Shown in pieces: positions 12,576-25,254 of a stretch of 64,000 bases of DNA (position 1 is the first letter of the stretch; every line of letters begins with the position of its first letter). Source of the stretch: Isurus oxyrinchus. Lineage: Eukaryota. The notes under the pieces are model-generated. The model saw only the letters and a program-made list of their open reading frames with translations. It searched no databases and was not told the DNA's origin. Location: contig JANJGN010000026.1 of assembly GCA_026770705.1 (NCBI GenBank), positions 37,820,001-37,884,000 of the forward strand, written 5' to 3'. A program made the translations under genes and the position numbers.

Positions 12576-13809
12576 TAGATCAAGAAACCACTTCTACTGA
12601 TGTATCGGCTCATTACCTCCTGTGCGAACTTCCAATACTTATGGTGCAACTGTGGCAGTTTAACATGGCTGATCTACACACTTTAAGCTCACGAGAAGAG
12701 CAAAGTGTCTCAATTCCTATTGATTAATTCTTAATTCTTGTTTCAACTGAAGAATGTGGACCAAGGCGCACGTTATGGGAATGATGGGAGTTTTAATGAC
12801 CAACTCAACCGGTGTGAAGAGGGGAGAGATTTTTTCTTCATGGAACCACCTGAAATGTGGTGGCGGTGATTTTCTCCGATTCTTCAGGTGCTACAGAGCC
12901 TCCGAGGTAGGAAAGATGGGATCTTAAACTGAAATATGTGTGTGTGAGTGAGTGAACGCATCAGATTTCGTGACAAGTGAAGTCCATAAAGATAAATGGC
13001 CAATTTTACCTGTTATGTTCCAGATTTTATTTTATTGAAAATGTATTTGCTGTTCGTTTAATGTCGTTAACATTGATTGAGAAGACACTGAGCATTCCCT
13101 TACAAAGGAACACATCTGTTCCTAGAATTCTGTTGGAAAATGGACTAAATTATTCCAAGGATGGTGAGCATATACCCACCAGTCTCTGCGGTTCAGTGTT
13201 AAGTGCTTCACTCAGCATTAAATAGAAGCTTCTTACATAAACGTTGAGAGTGTGATAAGTTGTGCAAGTGATACTACCTATATCTGACATAAATTTACTG
13301 AGTTTTAAAATCCCGATTTATTATTTCCCTCGCTTGGAAAGGAATGAAACACTTGCTGCTCTTCAGCAAGTTTCACACTATTTCTGTTGTCACGTTATGC
13401 CTTCTTACCCCATTACATTCATCATTTCCGCCCCAATGTCTTCCAAACCCTCGGGTTATGATGGAGCGAAATAATAGTTAAAAAAAACAGCTTTACATAA
13501 TATAAAAGGCCCCATGCTCCAGAGCAATATAAGTGGGACAACTGGACAGAGTCTGATACATTATCAACGAACACATGGTCTCCAATGGGCATAAATTTGC
13601 GGGCGGTGGTGGTGGTGGGGGTGGGGGGCTGGTGAGAGTGCATGAGATAAATTCGATAGTTTTTTCCTAAAAATGCTGGTACAATCCCGAGGAGCTGAAT
13701 GACCTCCTTCCTAGCCAGAGGAGCACAGGTTCATTCTAGAGGCCTATGACTTATTGGCTCAATCCAACACTTTTCATTTTGCACCTATAATTCATAAAAA
13801 GGAAAACGA

Positions 13810-14178
13810 TTTTATATATATATATATATATATATTACAGCGCCTTTCACGATCACTGGAAGTCTCCGAGTGTTTAACAACCAAAAATGCATTTATGATG
13901 TATATTCACAGTTGTAATGTAGGAAACACCGCAGCCTGTTTGAGCACAGCAAGTTCCCACAAACCGCAACATGATAATGACCAGGTAATCTGCGCCTTTG
14001 AGTATTTTAAAATGTTTATTAACTGATAAATGCTAAGGCACCGGGGATAACTCCCCTGCACTTCCAGACAGAATAGTACCATGGAATCTTTCACATCGAC
14101 CTGAGAGGGCAGACGGCCCCCAGTTTAATGTCAGAGGGGAAAGTGCTACCAACTGAGCCACTGCTGACAACCAAAGTC
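13810..14178 (-). mobile_element. tRNA-derived SINE (SacSINE1/DeuSINE-like), internally deleted
   Basis: Minus-strand head TGTCAGCAGTGGCTCAGTTGGTAGCAC (A box); tail ...GTGAAAGGCGCTG followed by (TA)n. Confidence 0.7.
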
Positions 14179-15374
14179 CCTTGTGAATGAATATGACATA
14201 AATAAGTATAAATCCAGGCATCCAATGGCTCAACTTTATACTTAGGTACATAGTTAAATCGGACTGAACCTGGCCCCAATGGTACCACAAACCCTAATGC
14301 AGAGGTCCGCTGGTAGTACAGGCACTGACTGTGGGTGTGATCTTGAATCTGGCAACAGAATAGCTCCTTCACTGTGTGAGGTGTACTGTAAGATCCAACC
14401 AGTTTGTAGGTTAGCCAGAACTTCACAGTAATTCAAATGATTTGTGGACAAACTAGCTCATTTCCTTTAACAAAAGAATATTCATTAGACCTTGAATCGT
14501 TACAGAATTGGAGACCATTAATAGATTGTGAAACACCAATCGATTAGGAGTGGTGAAAGGGTTGAGGATTATTGATACAGTGGGAAACATCATTCAGTTG
14601 CAAGCCATCGATTGTATGGCAAAGTTGAAGATTTGGAACTATCAATAGATTAAACCATTAATGGATTGAGGCACAGCTGATGTTTATTAAACACGATCAA
14701 TGGCAAAAATACCAAGAAATATAAATTGTTTTGCAATATGACAGTCTGGGAACACCTATTCTAACAAAAGTATAATAATTTCATAATATTCTTCTGGTTT
14801 ATAGTAAAGTAGGTTTATGGGAGTGAGTCTAGTTGGTTCTGTCTGTGTGATTTAAATACATTTGGAGTCAGATAGACTGCAAGCTTGGAATTATCAAAAG
14901 AAGCTATGTGTAGAAATGTGTTTGAAATGCTAATGAATAAATATGGGTGCTGGCTTAGCATGCAGGGTGGGAAGGGAGTTTGCCTTTTTAGATAAATGAA
15001 AGGATTGTATGGACTTTAAGTTCACAAGTAGCCAGCTAAGCAAGGCTAAGGAGTGTGTTTATTTTTCCCAAAGGTTACTGATAATATTAGAACATGATTT
15101 TTTCTTTATTTTGAGAAAGGTACCCTCCAAAGTCATATGGAACACTAGAATTTACATATTAAACAGACATAATTACATAAAGGAGAATGAAAGGCTATGT
15201 GAGGCAAGGGGCATGAAAGATCTAACAGGAGTCTGTGAAACAGCTTTCAAGAAGCCTCCAGCCTTTTGTGCATAAGTTGGCTCTGTCCAGAAACTGAAGT
15301 TGGAGCAAACCATTTGCAATTCCACTGCCAAGTGATTACTGGGTTAACTTGCTGGTTTTCTTTGAAATCTAAAA

Positions 15375-15595
15375 ACACCCTGCCTGGGAGGGTGGTGGAG
15401 GCGGGTTGCCTCACATCCTTTAAAAAGTACCTGGATGAGCACATGGCATGTCATAACATTCAAGGCTATGGGTCAAGTGCTGGTAAATGGGATTAGGTAG
15501 GTAGGGCAAGTGTTTCTCACGTGTCTGTGCAGACTCGATGCGCCGAAGGGCCTCTTCTGCACTGTGTGATTCTGAGATTCTGTGATTCTATGATT
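15375..15595 (+). mobile_element. CR1 3' end with (ATTCTRTG)n tail
   Basis: ctgcctgggagggtggtggaggc...gggcctcttctgcactgtgtgattctgagattctgtgattctatgatt. Confidence 0.85.
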
Positions 15596-17159
15596 TTGGA
15601 CTGCTGCCTTAAAGGGGGTGTGTAACTGAGAGTCAGGTTAATTCAGAATTTTAGGATTTACTACAGTATTGTGTAATAGCAGTATTATGTATATTTTTGA
15701 AATCTTTTATTTTGTCAATATATATTTTAATTTAATTTTTAAAATCTCTAAATGTCTTAGTGGCCTCGTCACCTCTGAAGACAGTTCACTCGTCTTCTCA
15801 TAATAATTACAAATTGAAAAACTTTGTGATGGCGTGACCACGTTTCCCTTGTGGATTTGGTCCGCCTGGCCACATAGCATCTGCTACGCCATAACACATG
15901 GATCTGGAACTGTCTCTCCATTTGTCTGTCACTGTTTCTGTTAGTTAGCACAACGACAGTTACTCCTGATAGTGGGACATTGAACATGAATGGCAGTGTG
16001 CACAGAGCAGGTAATTATCCTCGTTAAATGTAGAGATCATCTTCTGCAATGAGGGAGGATCAATTGTGTATTAAGGAACTCCGTGCTGTTTACCTAAAAA
16101 CATTTCCCCAATATAATAATGACTATATTAATAATATTAATAATTCATTTTGCCGTAGTTTTGAACATTCGCAAAGGGTTTCAAGGTATAAATTCGGAGC
16201 AGAAATTTGTGTGGAAAGTGATTACTGAATATTCCCACATTGATTCCTCGTTGGAGGCTTCATATCACAACACCATTTCTCTCCGATCCTAAAACGTCTC
16301 ACAATGCAACTGCAACCGTATGAAAAACATAAGTTTGGATTCATATCGTCCCATAGAGCACTGACCCTGTATTCATGTTCAAACTGTGATTCAAATCACT
16401 TCAGCCGCTTCACCGACTCAGTTCTGTCCAGTTCATGCACCATGTCCGATCTAACCAGAATCTGCATTGCGGCGATCCTGAGCACCTCTCATTGGAGTAA
16501 TGACCTCACCCATCCAACTCGTGAAGAATTGATTCCCTGCACGAATGTACTGAATGGAAAGCTCCTCGGGACTGTGGTAAAAGGCGTTAAGGGCTTTTGA
16601 ATTTGCGACAACAAGCTGTAATACCCATCGGATATGTTTCATTGTGACAATGGTTTTCAATCAATATTTTGGGTAAAGAAAGTTACAGTTCATGCACGTT
16701 TTTCCTGTGATGTTCAGAATGGTGTGACTGCATCAGAATCACAGAGCAGCAAGAAATTACAAGGGAAATGGGAAAAAAATGCATGTATTCAACCATCTTT
16801 TATGTTTCTGCTGCGATTGAAGTAATTTGGTTGAGGATATGCTGAGTGCTTTGTTGTACGTGAAAAGGCCGCAAGTTGCACATGGTATAATCCCCATTTC
16901 TCATCACAGTCATGAAACGCTTTCTAACTTTGAGATGAAGATTCAGCATCACCAGAAAAGGATCATCAATGCCGTAGGGATATCTTCAGGTTGCTCTTGG
17001 TGACGTTCAGCTCGTCAGTTGTGAACAGCCAAGGAATTGGAATGATCCAGAAAATCGGGAAGGACTGAAAGCACCAGACGGACGCAAATGGAATAAAGGG
17101 CCTGCTGCAAGTTATGGAGCAGTCAATCGTAAAGATGAAAACGTGGAACAGCATTTTTC

Positions 17160-17296
17160 AGGCACATCCACCCACATTCTACCGACCCATCTATCCATCT
17201 GATGAAGAGTCGTACGGACTCTAAACCGTTAATATTGTCTCTCTCTCCACATATGCTGTCATACCTGCTAAGCTTTTCCAGCATTTTCTGTTTTTA
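17160..17296 (+). mobile_element. Penelope-type terminal repeat with a mutated hammerhead-like core
   Basis: CTGATGA (17199-17205), stem GAGTC/GACTC, then TAAAC (GAAA changed to TAAA), then the family tail gcattttctgttttt. Confidence 0.65.
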
Positions 17297-17392
17297 CATC
17301 TTTGTTTATCTGTCTGTCTATCTATTAATTCATCTATTCGTTATCTGTTGTTCATTGTGTTTACATGGTTAACCATGAAATAATTTCTGTAG

Positions 17393-17716
17393 TAGTGAGT
17401 TCTGGAAGTTCAGTCTGACAGTGGTCAACAGAAGCCCAATAACTGAAAGGAATCTCGATGAGCATAAATTGCATCTATTCAACTTCCGATGTAAATTATT
17501 TTTTGCAGCTTCATCGTCAAAACCGGAACTCGGCACCAGCTTTCGGGCACATTCTTGTGGGAAGTACATTAAAGGCCGCTTTTCAGTCATTCGAAAAATA
17601 TCCAATAATATAGCTACTTCTACCTTGACTGGGCTTCAGGTCGCTGACAACCCCATATATGACTGTGTGCTGAGACCCTCAGTGAGAAAGCCCTCGGGGC
17701 AATTCGCACCAATAAA
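17393..17716 (+). pseudogene. TCR V alpha/delta pseudogene with degenerate 23-RSS
   Basis: Acceptor tttctgtag. VSSGSSV*QWSTEAQ*LKGISMSINCIYSTSDVNYFLQLHRQNRNSAP, frameshift, then GRFSVIRKISNNIATSTLTGLQVADNPIYDCVLR. RSS: CTCAGTG (17678-17684), 23 bp, ACCAATAAA. Confidence 0.85.
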
Positions 17717-18391
17717 GTGTTTCGTGAGATCAGTGAAAATAAGCTTAATAAATTTGGCCATCAGGCGGCGCATCAGGCCGTGGATTCCCACCTCCTGACA
17801 AATACTTTCTTAAAAATACTTGAGGAAAAATTGCGTTTGATCTCGTATCTATGCCCATTAGTGTGACGTTTCCTTAGAGACCCATAATTGGGAAGTTTAG
17901 TTCAGTGTTAATCAACAGTCCAGCTCCAGTACATTGGGATGGGATGCCCATTTGTTCTGTTCCCCACGTCAGATTCAGACTCCTGTTTCAACTGATTTCA
18001 ACCATAACGGTATCTGTAATTACAGAATAATACAGCAATCCTCTAATTCCTGTCGCCAGACTGTTTTCCCCAGATTTGAAATGACTATGAACGTAACCCA
18101 GCCCTTACAGACCGCCAGAATTATATAATTTCTGTTGAGCGCATTAGTCTTGAATTCAGTTCATTATGTTTAAATTTTACGAGTGACAACAGTGTCCGCG
18201 GCCGCCTCCCCCATAGTTCTGTTCGTTTCTCTCGATCTGACCTTCCTTGCCTTTCCTGTGATTTGGAAAGTTGTTTCCCACTGTTCCTGGTTTGACGTTG
18301 GTTGGATCAACAGTACAGTTTGCCGGGGATCTGCACTTCTGCCCTGACAGAGGATTTGGCGGACTGCAGAGTTACAGACTCAGGGAGCATC

Positions 18392-19061
18392 ATGGGGAAT
18401 TACATCACACCCGGACCTCGTCATTATATCACTTCTTAGCAAGCATTTCCTTCCCAGAAAAAATCCGTTCTCCCCCTGACTGCTGTAACCCACGTGTTAT
18501 TAACTGTAAGGTGATGCTGCTGATGATGAAGCTACTTGAAATGATGATGATGATGATCCTGATAATGATGACATCTACCCGACTACTTTATGTTAGGATG
18601 GAGCCATCCACACACAGTAGTCGGGTCGGTTGCTGAAATGATGCCGAAGCTGAAATGATGCCGAAGCTGAAATGATGCCGAAGACGGCAGTAACACCATG
18701 TGATCTGAATCTTGAAAACATATCTCCACAACCATTCAAACAGTCATACGGACTCGAAACGTTAACTGTCTTCCTCTCCGCAGATGCTATCGGACCTGCA
18801 GAGTTTTTCCAGCTATTTTTATTTTTGTTCCATAACCATTTGTTCTGGTATAGTCAGCAGCCCGGGCAATATCCACAGCTCCGCAATAAACTGATCGATG
18901 TGAATGAAAACAAGAAGACAGACATTGTTGGTCAATTCTCTTCTACATTTAACAGATCCACCAAGATAACGGAGCTGAGCCTCTGATCTGCGACGCAGCC
19001 GAGTATTTCTGCGCACAAACCCCACACTGCGGCAGAGATTCGGCGCATCTCGGTCAAAATG
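18392..19061 (+). pseudogene. TCR V alpha/delta pseudogene disrupted by a 17-bp triplication and a Penelope-type insertion
   Basis: Decayed leader 18392-18438 (..LVIISLL, GC donor); exon from 18597. (GCTGAAATGATGCCGAA)x3 at about 18632-18682; repeat insert at about 18740-18830. NHLFWYSQQPGQYPQL...GQFSSTFNRSTK...DAAEYFCAQT. RSS: CACACTG (19023-19029), 23-24 bp, degenerate nonamer. Confidence 0.8.
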
Positions 19062-20586
19062 CCAGAACGAGCGGCTCAGTTAATGCTCAGCAGAGGGCGC
19101 TCGAACACCGGGAAACAAGGGCAAATATTCAGCCTCAGTGTCAGATTCAGGCGGAGCAAGAAAACCGCAACATTCTGTTGGGCCATGACCTCCGAGCTCC
19201 AAGGCCGTGTTAGTGGGGGATACACCAAAGATGCGCCGGGGAACACCCCGCCCGGTGTTCCCAGGCAAGGTTTACACGGCAATTGTCCGGGAAGTGGAAA
19301 CTTCCCATGGGCAATTGCTCTGTACTGGGAACAAACAGAAAATACAATTGACATTGCAAACCTCGAATGGTTCCGACTGTCCGACATCAAGAGTTGCCCA
19401 GAAAAAGTTAGAATTAAAACCACTTCTAGCTTCTGGGTAACTTTGTACAGAGCCACACTGACGCCCACGAGTCTCCTTCCACATCCCCGAACTCACAGGG
19501 AGTCCCTTCACCTCTCAGACTCCAACTTCCCCCACGGGACACCCCAAACCCCCGAACCTCCAGGGGACTCCCCGCACCTCACGACTCCTTTCAGCCGCCC
19601 AAACCCAGCTCCTTATATAAAGAAAGTCCAGCGAATTCAGTAAATAGACGGAGAATTTCTCACCGACTATTAGCGGGGGATCCTGTGGATTGTAAACGGA
19701 AAGGGGAGACGGGGAGAAAGAAGTATAAATAAAAGCAGAAATTATATAAATAAATCAAGTTAACAAATCCAGGCAGGAAGCAGAAAAAGAGAGAGCGGGT
19801 TAAAATTATTGAATCGTGCAATGGCAGTGATTGAAAGGAAGATCTGAACATTGTCCCTGTGCACGCGAGTGCCGCCTGCTCCAAGGTGCATCAGCCCCAC
19901 ACTTTATACCGAGTGTTTAAAACCTGAACAATGTTCCGGTGACGCTGAGTGAAACCCCCTCCTTCCGCCGCCGCCTCCATCCCGTCGTATATCGGCTCAG
20001 TGCCTGTCTGGCCTCAATGGTTAAAGGCCTGAGAGATTTACCTGTGAAGATCAGCGAATGAGGTCCCCATGGTGAATAATTTCAGTGCCGTCTGCTCTCA
20101 CTAGTTAAAGATTTGAAACATTGAGCTGTGACAGGCGAATGTGTACCTAGTCTACGGATTAGCCCTGTTTCTGTCTGTATGCTTTCAGACACCTACACAA
20201 TGCCGAATATAAAGTTGAGACTAAGAACGATGGGCGATGAATAGGGAGTTTGATAAAAATGAGAATCATTTCTCTCAGTTCTCCTGGTGTCCTGGGCTCA
20301 CATTCCATCTTTAACAAACACCACCCAATACAAACACATGCACCACCTCCCAGTTCATTACTGAGGGGAAAGGAAGGCGGCAGCACAACTGGCAGAAAGA
20401 AAAGCTCCCCTCCCCCACCCCTGTACACCAGAGTATTGTGGGAGGGGCTTTCACATCCGGATCACAATTCAAATGAAGAGGCAGAAAATTGCAGCCTCCT
20501 TTTATAACCTGTCTCTTATTCACACAGCACTTAGCCAGCGACCCGGGAACCGTGCGGCCCTTCAATAATCTCAACAACTCTGCCCT

Positions 20587-20688
20587 GTGCAAATAAACTT
20601 GATCCCGCGAAAGTATTTCCGTCCAGCTCTGAGGCCCGGCCTCCCAGTGCATTCCAGGGCTGCAGTCACCAGCTCCCCGTCATATAAA
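20587..20688 (+). promoter_or_regulatory. Putative NAR-TCR V promoter (octamer-like GTGCAAAT and TATA-like CATATAAA)
   Basis: Motifs at 20587-20594 and 20681-20688, just upstream of ATG 20713. Confidence 0.45.
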
Positions 20689-20712
20689 CCCTCAGCTCCA
20701 GGAAGCAGAACG

Positions 20713-21186
20713 ATGGGAATCCTCCTTGTTTTCACCCTGTGTGTCTGTTTACCCCGTGAGTACCGATCAAACAAACCGACATTGTGTGGGTTTAATATAA
20801 AGCTGCCCGAGTCCATCCCAATTACAGACACTGTCTGGGGTTTTAACCCCGTTCTCTGGTTCGGCTCCAATGGTCCATTAAAGTCTCTCTGTTTAATTTC
20901 CAGGCTCCTTCAGTCAGTCAGTGACACAGACCCCGGCAGCGGTGACCAGGAAGGAGTGCCAGTCTCTCACCATCACCTGTGTTTTCTCCGGTGCTTCGTG
21001 GCATTATTTCCGAACGGGACATTTCTTCAAACAAACCCAGACCGGGACAGAGTGGGAGCGGATCTCCAGCGGGGGAAGATTTGTTGTGTCGGTGAATGAA
21101 GCACAAAATACATTTTCGCTGGAAATTCGGGAATTGAGAGTTGAGGACACCGCCACGTATTACTGTAAAGCTCAGTACTGGAGCAG
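20713..21186 (+). CDS. NAR-TCR V gene segment (IgNAR-like; leader 20713-20755, V exon 20904-21186)
   Basis: Leader MGILLVFTLCVCLP with GTGAGT donor; phase-1 acceptor tttccag. RSFSQSVTQTPAAVTRKECQSLTITCVFSGASWHYFRTGHFFKQTQTGTEWERISSGGRFVVSVNEAQNTFSLEIRELRVEDTATYYCKAQYWS. CDR2 is deleted as in VNAR (ERISSGGRF, YYCKA), with an extra FR1 Cys at 20957. Frame is open. Confidence 0.93.
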
Positions 21187-21224
21187 CACAGTGATGGGTC
21201 TCGGCTTCCCGCGATACAAAAACT
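21187..21224 (+). promoter_or_regulatory. RSS of NAR-TCR V (22-bp spacer, 23-class)
   Basis: CACAGTG, 22 bp, ACAAAAACT. Confidence 0.95.
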
Positions 21225-21551
21225 CTCACTGCAGATTATCACAGAAACAAATGAAAAAGCGGAGTTAGCCTGCAGTTAAACCCCCACCGTTCTGCCTTAC
21301 ACCGTCTGCCCCACAGTCCAGTTTATGATGAGATTGGATTATTGCTGTTAACATCTTGAGTTTTATAAATGCCGAATGTGTGCGGATGGTGATGTCTTTC
21401 CCGGGATTGGTGTCAATGAATGGGGATTGGGAATGATTGAGCCCAGTTACAAACCCCTAACACCAGATGTGATCCTGGTCTAACAGCTGGAACGGGGAAC
21501 CACAGTCCCCGGTGTTTAACTAATGTCCCCACAACTTACCAAGTACCCAGG

Positions 21552-21624
21552 GGGTTTTATACTGATTTGTAACACTGTGTGGCAGGCTGGGGAAGTCACA
21601 GTGGGAAAGACCTGAGCAAATACC
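21552..21624 (+). other. NAR-TCR D segment (21580-21596) flanked by 12/12 RSS
   Basis: GGGTTTTAT-12-CACTGTG | TGGCAGGCTGGGGAAGT | CACAGTG-12-GCAAATACC; open in all three frames. Confidence 0.92.
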
Positions 21625-21938
21625 TCTGTACGGTCACAATATAAATTCTCCTGGTCCGGATAGTGAATTGTCGGTTTGATGTTATTATCGCTGGAATCTA
21701 GCTACATTTCATTGTAATTTCCATCATTCAGTTATCTTTTTTAATATTTTTCTTGCTTTATATGAAGCGAACATCTCGTTCCCGGGACCATTTCCTCAGA
21801 GCTCAGGGCCTCACAAAGAACTGTTTGAACCGACAGAGACTTTAAAACTTGGAATATTGTTTATTTATTTCAATCCGTTGAATAATTGGGCAATTTCTAC
21901 TGTCTGATGATGATTTCCAGGCAGGTTGAGGTGTCGGT

Positions 21939-22027
21939 GGTTGTTGTATCGGGGACACTGAGAGCGGAGTCACTGTGGAAATATTATTATGTGGATGGAT
22001 CCGGGACGGTGGTGACTGTCACAGCTG
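21939..22027 (+). CDS. NAR-TCR J segment (21978-22027) with 23-RSS
   Basis: GGTTGTTGT-23-CACTGTG; KYYYVDGSGTVVTVTA; phase-1 donor G|GTAAGT. Confidence 0.93.
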
Positions 22028-22949
22028 GTAAGTGACTCCAAACCCCACCGGGTTACAGCCTGTCTTGGGTAATGTTCACTGTCAGTTTATTATTCATATC
22101 AGTGGGGTTTGGGGGGATGTGAGAGTTGACGGAATCTGGGGCATTATCGGTTTAAAGGGAACATTGGGGACACGATCAACATCACGGACTCTCACACTCT
22201 GAATCGCTTTTATTGAGCACAGGTTTTCGACACTCGGGACTCCACACCTAGTGTTAACTGTGACCGAGGGAGCTCTGTCTGTCCCTTAGAGCCCGGGAGC
22301 GGGATAACAGAGCTCTCCCCTGGGCAGCAGATTGCAGTTCGAGCCGCGCAATGTGAATGAGATACCGGGTGAATAAACTCAACACAACTGCGGCCAGTTC
22401 GGATACCTGCAGCAGCTCGTTCCAGACCTGACGCGGAAGAAAAATAGGAGAGTGACACAAGGGGCCTCAGATATATGAGATCCTGATGTGGGTCCAGGTT
22501 GAATTCTATATTTGGACAATCAGTGACTAAAATTAGTAAAATTGTCCCCGCCATTTCTTTCAATTGCCTTTATAGAACCAATCACTTTCCTCCTTTTCCG
22601 GCCTCAGAACGAAATGTGAAAGTTTGGAACAGCAGACACTTCTCTATATTGAATGTAGCTGTTTGAGAGATGTGACTGCTGTAATTTATCTGTATCCCTG
22701 ATTATTGTGAATTGAAACAGCACAGTGCAGTGAGAGAGTGAGGATGATGTATTAATCTTATAAAGGAGAGGAGGGTCATTAGGAAACAATTATAAACTAG
22801 GAGAATGCTCATTTAGAACCAGCAAGAATGAACTAATCGAAAGGGAGAGAACGATTGGATGATTTCTGGGCGATTTTCAAAGTAAAATCCGACTCGGTGG
22901 TTGGTGAGGTTTATGGAGGGAAGGACTGAAATAGACTCCAGTCCGGAAT

Positions 22950-23485
22950 GCTGTGTAAAGTTTTGGTCCCCTTATAGAAGGGAGATCAATCTGGATTGGA
23001 AGGAGTGCAACAAAGGTTCATCAGACTGATTCCAGAGATGAAGGGATTGTCTAATCGGAAGAGATTTAGTCGTCTCGGTCTATATTTCCTAGAGTTTAGA
23101 AGAATGAGAGGTGATCTCATGAAAACATATACTATTCTGAAGGGACTTGACAGGGCAAATTCTGGGTCGGTGTCTCCCCAGACTGAGGAGTATATAACTT
23201 GGGGTCACAGCTTCAGAATAAAGAGTCATCCATTAGAACTAAGAAGGAAAATAAATCTTCAATAGAATCACTGTTGTTAATCTGTGGCATTCTGTAACTC
23301 AGAGAGCGGTGGGTGTTTATAATGTGTGCATTCAAGACAATATTCGATAGGTTTTCGAACACTAAAGTGATCATGGATATGGGGAGAGTGCAGGAATGTG
23401 ACGTTGCGGTTGAAAATCAGCCAGGATATTACTGAATGGCTGAGCAGGTTTGAGAGCTGATATGGCGGCTCCTGCTTCTATTGAT
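22950..23485 (+). mobile_element. CR1 3' fragment in the NAR J to supporting-V intron
   Basis: EGVQQRFIRLIPEMKGLS...FRRMRGDLMKTYTILKG. Confidence 0.85.
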
Positions 23486-24544
23486 TGGATTCTCTGCTTT
23501 GATTTCTTACACTCCTGAGGGAAGAAATCAGCAACAATCCGCATCTCTCTGGGAAGATTGAACAGGCCGGGTCTCTTTTTTCTGGAAAACAGAACCACAA
23601 GAAGAATCCATATAAATCTTTTAATATTGAATGAGTTTAATCTGGACAAACTGAGTCCAAAGCAATAGCCGTCAGCATATGACAGTAAATAACAGAACAA
23701 ATTTACGAGAAATGAATTTAAACAAAGGCAGGTCAGAATGTGGAACTTTCTGCCACAGGGAGAGGTTGGAGTTGGTATTGATATATTTATTGAAACACTT
23801 GAAAATACAGGAGGGAGAACGGAACAGACCAACACAGGGAGCTGGATGTAAATGGCCAATTAGATTTCTGGTGAAATTCGGCTGGAATTGATTACATACA
23901 CAGGCTGAATTGTCCATTCCTCTTCCGCTTTCTTCTCATTCGATAATGTAAAAGTAAGAGAAAATTCCATCCAGTGATCCCCGGAGAGATCAGTCAGTGG
24001 GCGGGAAGAATTGAAATTGTCAGAGGGCCGGAAGAGGCAGTTCGCAGTGAGTAACAGTAAAACCACTGCGGAAACTGAACAGACTGAACCCAACCGACAA
24101 CTGAGAGACTTTGGGGCAAGTTCCCACGATTGCAAAAAGTGCAAACAGCACAAATAAAATATAAAATAAAGAGAATGTGAATTTAAAGAAATAAAATGAA
24201 ATTAATAGTACATATTTGAAAATAAGCTGAACTGGAGAAAACAGGACCCTAATGATGGAAAATAGAGAAATAGAGCAAAAAGCAGAGAGAAATTTCCGAG
24301 TATTTTTAAACCGCAGTAAATGATTGACCTTTGACCACAGGGGCTCACTCTCAGTTTTGCCCAGTCGGTGCTGATGATCCCCATCAGTTTGTGCTGGATC
24401 TTGCTGCGCATGGTGATGCCACGCAGCTGTGTTTCTCTCCAAAAAACATGTTTTGTTGGAAACTGGTTGCCTCGCTGAACATAAAGTGTCCCCTAGGGTT
24501 TGTTTCTCACCCAGGAAAATAGAAACGGGAATGTAATATAATGC

Positions 24545-24795
24545 ATAGAATTATCCAGCACGGAATCATGATATTCGGCCCCTCATGTAGGCGCTGACCC
24601 TTTAAAAGTGCAATCCAATTGTTCCCACTGCCCATGAATTTTTCCCATCGCTCTATATTTGTATTTACATTTCCAGCACAGATCCATTAACCGTTTGAAA
24701 GTTACAATGGAATCTGTTCCCAACACTAATTCAGACAGTGCAGTCCTGATCGGAAGAGTTCGCCATGTAAAATAAGATATCACCTCATTCCCCAC
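24545..24795 (-). mobile_element. CR1 3' UTR remnant
   Basis: Degenerate inverted CR1 tail (atagaattatccagcacggaa...ttcggccc...cagtgcagtcctgat). Confidence 0.6.
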
Positions 24796-24948
24796 TTCAT
24801 CATATTTTCGTAAGAGTGAACATGGTTCAAGCAGGCTTCCAGCAAGTAAAATTATTGCAAAAAGCAGAGCTATTCACGCGATTGACATATTTACCTGGAC
24901 AAACAGTGGCAAAACTAAAAGATAATGTTCATTTCTTTTATCTTCCAG

Positions 24949-25254
24949 ATTCCAGTTCCATGATATCCCAGAATCGGCCTGTACAAACCTCTCCTGCTGG
25001 TGACACCGTTACTTTAAGATGTGAATATTCAGGGCTCTGTCAATACACAGTACATTGGTACCTTCAGTCCCCCGGACAGGCTCCAGAATATCTGCTTCAG
25101 AGACACACTTCAGGAGAGGAGAACAAAGAAAACGCTGCCGGGGGGAGAATTTCTGCTTCTATTGATCCTGCCGAGAAAATCAGCTGGTTAAATATCTACA
25201 AACTACGACTGAGTGACTCCGCTGTGTATTACTGCGCCTTGAGTTGGCGCACAG
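24949..25254 (+). CDS. TRDV: Leaderless supporting TCR V-delta exon of NAR-TCR
   Basis: Phase-1 acceptor tcttccag matches the NAR J donor. DSSSMISQNRPVQTSPAGDTVTLRCEYSGLCQYTVHWYLQSPGQAPEYLLQRHTSGEENKENAAGGRISASIDPAEKISWLNIYKLRLSDSAVYYCALSWRT. Extra CDR1 Cys at 25038; no intact leader upstream. Confidence 0.93.

Noticed and set aside
12855-13280. Leader-like stretch and V-like ORF 12977-13225 (GSVLSASLSIK)
   Set aside because: Lacks the conserved Cys, Trp, YYC and RSS.
14770-15896. Possible solo LTR ending CCATAACA, interrupted by a CR1 tail
   Set aside because: No defined 5' TG boundary, TSD or internal coding sequence visible.
16300-16520. SRFTDSVLSSSCTM resembles V framework 3
   Set aside because: No YYC or RSS; too degenerate to call.
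19059-19643. 194-aa ORF
   Set aside because: No recognisable domain, overlapping ORFs on both strands and an internal inverted repeat; probably repeat-derived.
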